In this document: positions 59,901 to 64,000 of the stretch, piece after piece
Numbering within the stretch: the stretch's first letter is position 1
Layout: each line of letters begins with the position of its first letter
From: the human T2T-CHM13v2.0 reference genome, Homo sapiens
DNA length: 64,000 nucleotides
Strand: one strand, 5' to 3'
NCBI RefSeq assembly: GCF_009914755.1
Contig: NC_060939.1
Notes under the pieces: generated by a model
Databases searched by the model: none
What the model saw: the letters and a program-made list of their open reading frames with translations, nothing else
Told to the model about the DNA's origin: nothing
Translations under genes and position numbers: made by a program

Positions 59901-62900
59901 TTATTCCATTACACTCCATTCCATTCTATTACTTTCATTTCCATTCAATTCCATTCCATTTGATTCCATTCCACTCGGTTTCATTCCATTTGAGTCCACT
60001 CCATTCCATTCCATTCCATTCAGTTCCATTCCATTCTGTTCCATTCCATTCCGTTCCATTACATTCCATTCCATTCGGTACCATTCCATATTGTTCCATT
60101 CGATTCCATTCGAATCCATTCCATTCCAGTCCATTCCATTCGATTCCATTCCATTCATTTCAATTCCATTCCATTCCATTCCATTACATTCCACTTGATT
60201 CCTCTCCATTCCCTTCCACTGCATTCCGTTCGATTCCATTCCATTGCATTGCATTCCATTCCATTGGATTGCATTCCATTCGATTCCATTCCATTCGAAT
60301 CAATTACGTAGCAATCCATTACATTCGAGTGTATTCTCTTCCGTTCCATTCGATTTCGTTCCAATCCATTCGATTCCATTCCATTCGATTCCATTCCATA
60401 CTATTGCATTCCATTCGATTACATTATATTCGAATAAGTTCCATTCAAGACCATTTCTTTTGAGTCCATTCTATTTGAGTCCATTCCCTTTGATTCCATG
60501 ACATTTGAGTCCATTCAATTCCATTCCTTTCGTTTCCATTCCATTTGATGCCATTCCATTCAATTCTGTTCTACTCGACTCCAATACATTCAATTCCATT
60601 CCATCCGATTCCATTACATTCTTTTCATTTCTTATCCATTTCAAGCCATTCCACTCCATTCCATTCCACTCGTTTCCTTTCCATTCGAGTCCATTCCTCT
60701 CCAGTCCATTCCGTTCAATCCATTCCATTCCAGTCCATTCCACTCGAGTCCGTTCCATTCCAGTCCATTCCATTCGAGTCAATTCCATTCCATTCGATGT
60801 CTTTCCATAACGATCCATTCCATTCTATTCCTTTCGATTCCATTCCATTCTATTTCATTCCATTCGATTCCCTTCCATTGGACTCCTTTCCATTCGAGTG
60901 CATTCCATTCCGTTCCATTTCTTTCCGTTCTGTACGATTCCTACCGTTCGATTTCATTTTCTTCCAGTCCATTCTTTCGCGTCCATTCCATTCCATTTCA
61001 CTCCATTCGATTCCATTCCACTCGATTCCACTTCGTTCCATTTCATTGCATTCCATTCTATTCAACTCTATTGCCTTCCATTCCATTCCATTCGATTACA
61101 TTCCATGCGATTCCATTCGAAATCGAATCAATTACATTGCAATCCATTACTATTGAGTCCGTTTTATTCCAGTCCACTGCATTCTGGTCCATTCCATTTG
61201 ATTCCATTCCATTCTATTCCATTCCATACAGTTGCATTCCATTGGATTCCATGCTATATCTATAAATTCAATTCGAGACCATTGCTTTTGAGTCCATTCT
61301 ATATGATTCCATTCCATTCAAGTCCATTACATTTGGTTAAATTCCATTCCATTCGGTTCAATTCCATTCCATTCCATTCCCTTCCATTCCATTCCAGTTG
61401 ATATCAATCCATTCGATTCCATTCCATTCGAGCACATTCCATTCGAGTCCATTCCATTCGATGCCATTCCATTTGATTCTATTCCATTAGTCTCCATTCA
61501 ATTCCATTAATCTCCATTCCATTCCATTCTACTCCAACTGATTCCATTCCATTCTATTCCTTTCCATTCCATTTCATTCCATTCCATTCCATTCCATTCC
61601 ATTCCATTCCATTCGTGTCCATTCCACTCCAGTCCATTCCATTCGTATCCATTCCATTCCAGTCCATTCCATTTGTGTCCACTGCATTCCATTCCACTCC
61701 ATTCCATATTATTCCATTACACTCCATTCCATTCTATTACTTTCATTTCCATTCAATTCCATTCCATTTGATTCCATTCCACTCGGTTTCATTCCATTTG
61801 AGTCCACTCCATTCCATTCCATTCCATTCAGTTCCATTCCATTCTGTTCCATTCCATTCCGTTCCGTTACATTCCATTCCATTCGGTACCATTCCATATT
61901 GTTCCATTCGATTCCATTCGAATCCATTCCATTCCAGTCCATTCCATTCGATTCCATTCCATTCATTTCAATTCCATTCCATTCCATTACATTACATTCC
62001 ACTTGATTCCTCTCCATTCCCTTCCACTGCATTCCGTTCGATTCCATTCCATTGCATTGCATTCCATTCCATTGGATTGCATTCCATTCGATTCCATTCC
62101 ATTCGAATCAATTACATAGCAATCCATTACATTCGAGTCTATTCTCTTCCGTTCCATTCGATTTCGTTCCAATCCATTCGATTCCATTCCATTCGATTCC
62201 ATTCCATACTATTGCATTCCATTCGATAACATTATATTCGAATAAGTTCCATTCAAGACCATTTCTTTTGAGTCCATTCTATTTGAGTCCATTCCCTTTG
62301 ATTCCATAACATTTGAGTCCATTCAATTCCATTCCTTTCGTTTCCATTCCATTTGATGCCATTCCATTCAATTCTGTTCTACTCGACTCCAATACATTCA
62401 ATTCCATTCCATCCGATTCCATTACATTCTTTTCATTTCTTATCCATTTCAAGCCATTCCACTCCATTCCATTCCACTCGTTTCCTTTCCATTCGAGTCC
62501 ATTCCTCTCCAGTCCATTCCGTTCAATCCATTCCATTCCAGTCCATTCCATTCGAGTCCGTTCCATTCCAGTCCATTCCATTCGAGTCAATTCCATTCCA
62601 TTCGATGTCTTTCCATAACGATCCATTCCATTCTATTCCTTTCGATTCCATTCCATTCTATTTCATTCCATTCGATTCCCTTCCATTGGACTCCTTTCCA
62701 TTCGAGTGCATTCCATTCCGTTCCATTTCTTTCCGTTCTGTACGATTCCTACCGTTCGATTTCATTTTGGTCCAGTCCATTCTTTTGCGTCCATTCCATT
62801 CCATTTCACTCCATTCGATTCCATTCCACTCGATTCCACTTCGTTCCATTTCATTGCATTCCATTCTATTCAACTCTATTGCCTTCCATTCCATTCCATT

Positions 62901-64000
62901 CGATTACATTCCATGCGATTCCATTCGAAATCGAATCAATTACATTGCAATCCATTAATATTGAGTCCATTTTATTCCAGTCCACTGCATTCTGGTCCAC
63001 TCCATTTGATTCCATTCCATTCTATTCCATTCCATACAGTTGCATTCCATTGGATTCCATGCTATATCTATAAATTCAATTCGAGACCATTGCTTTTGAG
63101 TCCATTCTATATGATTCCATTCCATTCAAGTCCATTACATTTGGTTAAATTCCATTCCATTCGGTTCAATTCCATTCCATTCCATTCCCTTCCATTCCAT
63201 TCCAGTTGATATCAATCCATTCGATTCCATTCCATTCGAGCACATTCCATTCGAGTCCATTCCATTCGATGCCATTCCATTTGATTCTATTCCATTAGTC
63301 TCCATTCAATTCCATTAATCTCCATTCCATTCCATTCTACTCCAACTGATTCCATTCCATTCTATTCCTTTTTATTCCATTCCATTCCATTCCATTCCAT
63401 TCCATTCCATTCCATTCCATTCGTGTCCATTCCACTCCAGTCCATTCCATTCGTATCCATTCCATTCCAGTCCATTCCATTTGTGTCCACTGCATTCCAT
63501 TCCACTCCATTCCATATTATTCCATTACACTCCATTCCATTCTATTACTTTCATTTCCATTCAATTCCATTCCATTTGATTCCATTCCACTCGGTTTCAT
63601 TCTATTTGAGTCCACTCCATTCCATTCCATTCCATTCAGTTCCATTCCATTCTGTTCCATTCCATTCCGTTCCATTACATTGCATTCCATTCGGTACCAT
63701 TCCATATTGTTCCATTCGATTCCATTCGAATCCATTCCATTCCAGTCCATTCCATTCGATTCCATTCCATTCATTTCAATTCCATTCCATTCCATTCCAT
63801 TACATTCCACTTGATTCCTCTCCATTCCCTTCCACTGCATTCCGTTCGATTCCATTCCATTGCATTGCATTCCATTCCATTGGATTGCATTCCATTCGAT
63901 TCCATTCCATTCGAATCAATTACATAGCAATCCATTACATTCGAGTCTATTCTCTTCCGTTCCATTCGATTTCGTTCCAATCCATTCGATTCCATTCCAT
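50980..64000 (+). repeat. Four-unit (7184 bp) tandem duplication; second copy runs off the window
   Basis: Private markers recur at +7184: CCATACCAC and CTCAAGTCC (units 51517/58701), GAGTGTAT, CCATGACAT, TTTTGGTCC (55583/62767), TTTTGCGT and GGTCCACTCC. CCTTTTTATT recurs at +7204 after a 20 bp indel. Confidence 0.88.

Larger units (their letters stand above)
783..63698 (+). repeat. D15Z1: ~1.8 kb tandem higher-order unit with one KpnI site per unit; probable D15Z1 (HSat3A5, chr15p11)
   Basis: GGTACC occurs once per unit (783, 2587, 4385, 6184, 8003, 9807 ... 61885, 63693; 36 sites by my reading). The landmark ORF 'MSPFNS...' starts at 1206, 3009, 4813, 6592, 8426, 10230, 12038, 13842, 15676, 17480, 19283, 21067 ... 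60505, 62313, giving 34 intervals of 1759-1834 bp, mean about 1797. D15Z1 is established as a 1.8 kb KpnI repeat of satellite III. The periodicity is certain; the locus name is inferred. Confidence 0.78.
1..64000 (+). repeat. Human satellite 3 (HSat3 / satellite III) array, diverged (CATTC)n, C-rich strand on +
   Basis: The CATTC/ATTCC pentamer with variants (CGATT, CCAGT, CCACT, CTATT, GCATT) runs through the entire window, with long perfect (CATTC)n runs, strong C/T versus G strand asymmetry, and no strand switch or non-satellite insertion seen. Confidence 0.98.
20700..64000 (+). repeat. Right sub-array: second 1.8 kb unit subtype with irregular nested duplications
   Basis: All units from 21067 onward carry CTTATCCATTTC, CCATCCGAT, CTCCAGTCC, CCGTTCTGTAC, CCTACCGTT, TGAGTCC, CTTTTGAG and TCAAGTCC (rare private variants aside). 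The left alleles are CCCCATTTC, CCATCTGAT, CTCCTGTCC, CCGTACTGTAC, CCTACCTTT, TGTGTCC, CTTTGGAG and TCATGTCC. Confidence 0.88.

Noticed and set aside
3009-62626. Recurrent ~101 aa (+) and ~115 aa (-, 'MDRYGKTSNG...') ORFs preserved in most units
   Set aside because: Conservation reflects near-identity of the DNA units. The ORF is disrupted in unit 47959 and shortened in B units. It was used only as a coordinate landmark.
1-64000. Hundreds of ORFs up to 308 aa (FHSIP-rich on +, MEWNG-rich on -)
   Set aside because: These are the obligatory translations of (CATTC)n/(GGAAT)n, which lacks stop codons. Frames are freely broken between units by 5n and 1 bp indels, and there is no domain, codon or splice evidence.
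1-64000. CRISPR-like or other repeat-spacer system
   Set aside because: There are no unique spacers between constant repeats, no leader and no associated genes; all sequence is pentamer-derived.
1-64000. HSat2 (chr1 ~1.8 kb EcoRI unit) or Y-chromosome DYZ1 (~3.6 kb unit)
   Set aside because: Long pure CATTC runs dominate rather than the CATTCGATTC-rich HSat2 pattern. EcoRI occurs in only six units while KpnI marks all of them. The basic period is 1.8 kb, with 3.6 kb seen only as local dimers.
1-64000. Inversions, transposon insertions, alpha satellite, telomeric or rDNA segments
   Set aside because: I saw no GGAAT-strand block, poly-A tail, target-site duplication, 171 bp monomer, TTAGGG run or GC-rich segment.
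1-64000. Non-B structures (fold-backs of the GGAAT strand, i-motif of the CCATT strand)
   Set aside because: This is a generic in vitro property of the pentamer; nothing locus-specific can be supported from this sequence.

Overview
The whole 64 kb window is one uninterrupted, single-orientation array of primate (most likely human) classical satellite 3 (HSat3). It is a diverged (CATTC)n/(GGAAT)n pentamer organised into about 35.6 tandem units of about 1.8 kb (1759-1834 bp, mean about 1797 bp), each with one KpnI site (GGTACC). That fits D15Z1/HSat3A5 on the chromosome 15 short arm, which is an inference from established knowledge and not a database result. I found no credible gene, RNA gene, CRISPR array or transposon; every ORF is a translation of the pentamer. 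I did not find a new gene-encoded system. The informative signal is the array architecture. (1) The 1.8 kb unit looks like an old diverged dimer with an 829 bp offset. (2) The left ~20.7 kb is a 5-unit/4-unit super-repeat (9.02 kb then 7.25 kb) of one unit subtype, with one right-type unit embedded in it. (3) An abrupt switch near 20.7 kb leads into a second subtype with nested 1-, 2-, 4- and ~9-unit duplications. (4) Shuffled indel markers, a duplication that collapsed again and clusters of private mutations record unequal exchange and gene conversion. All comparisons were made by eye plus ORF-track coordinate arithmetic.
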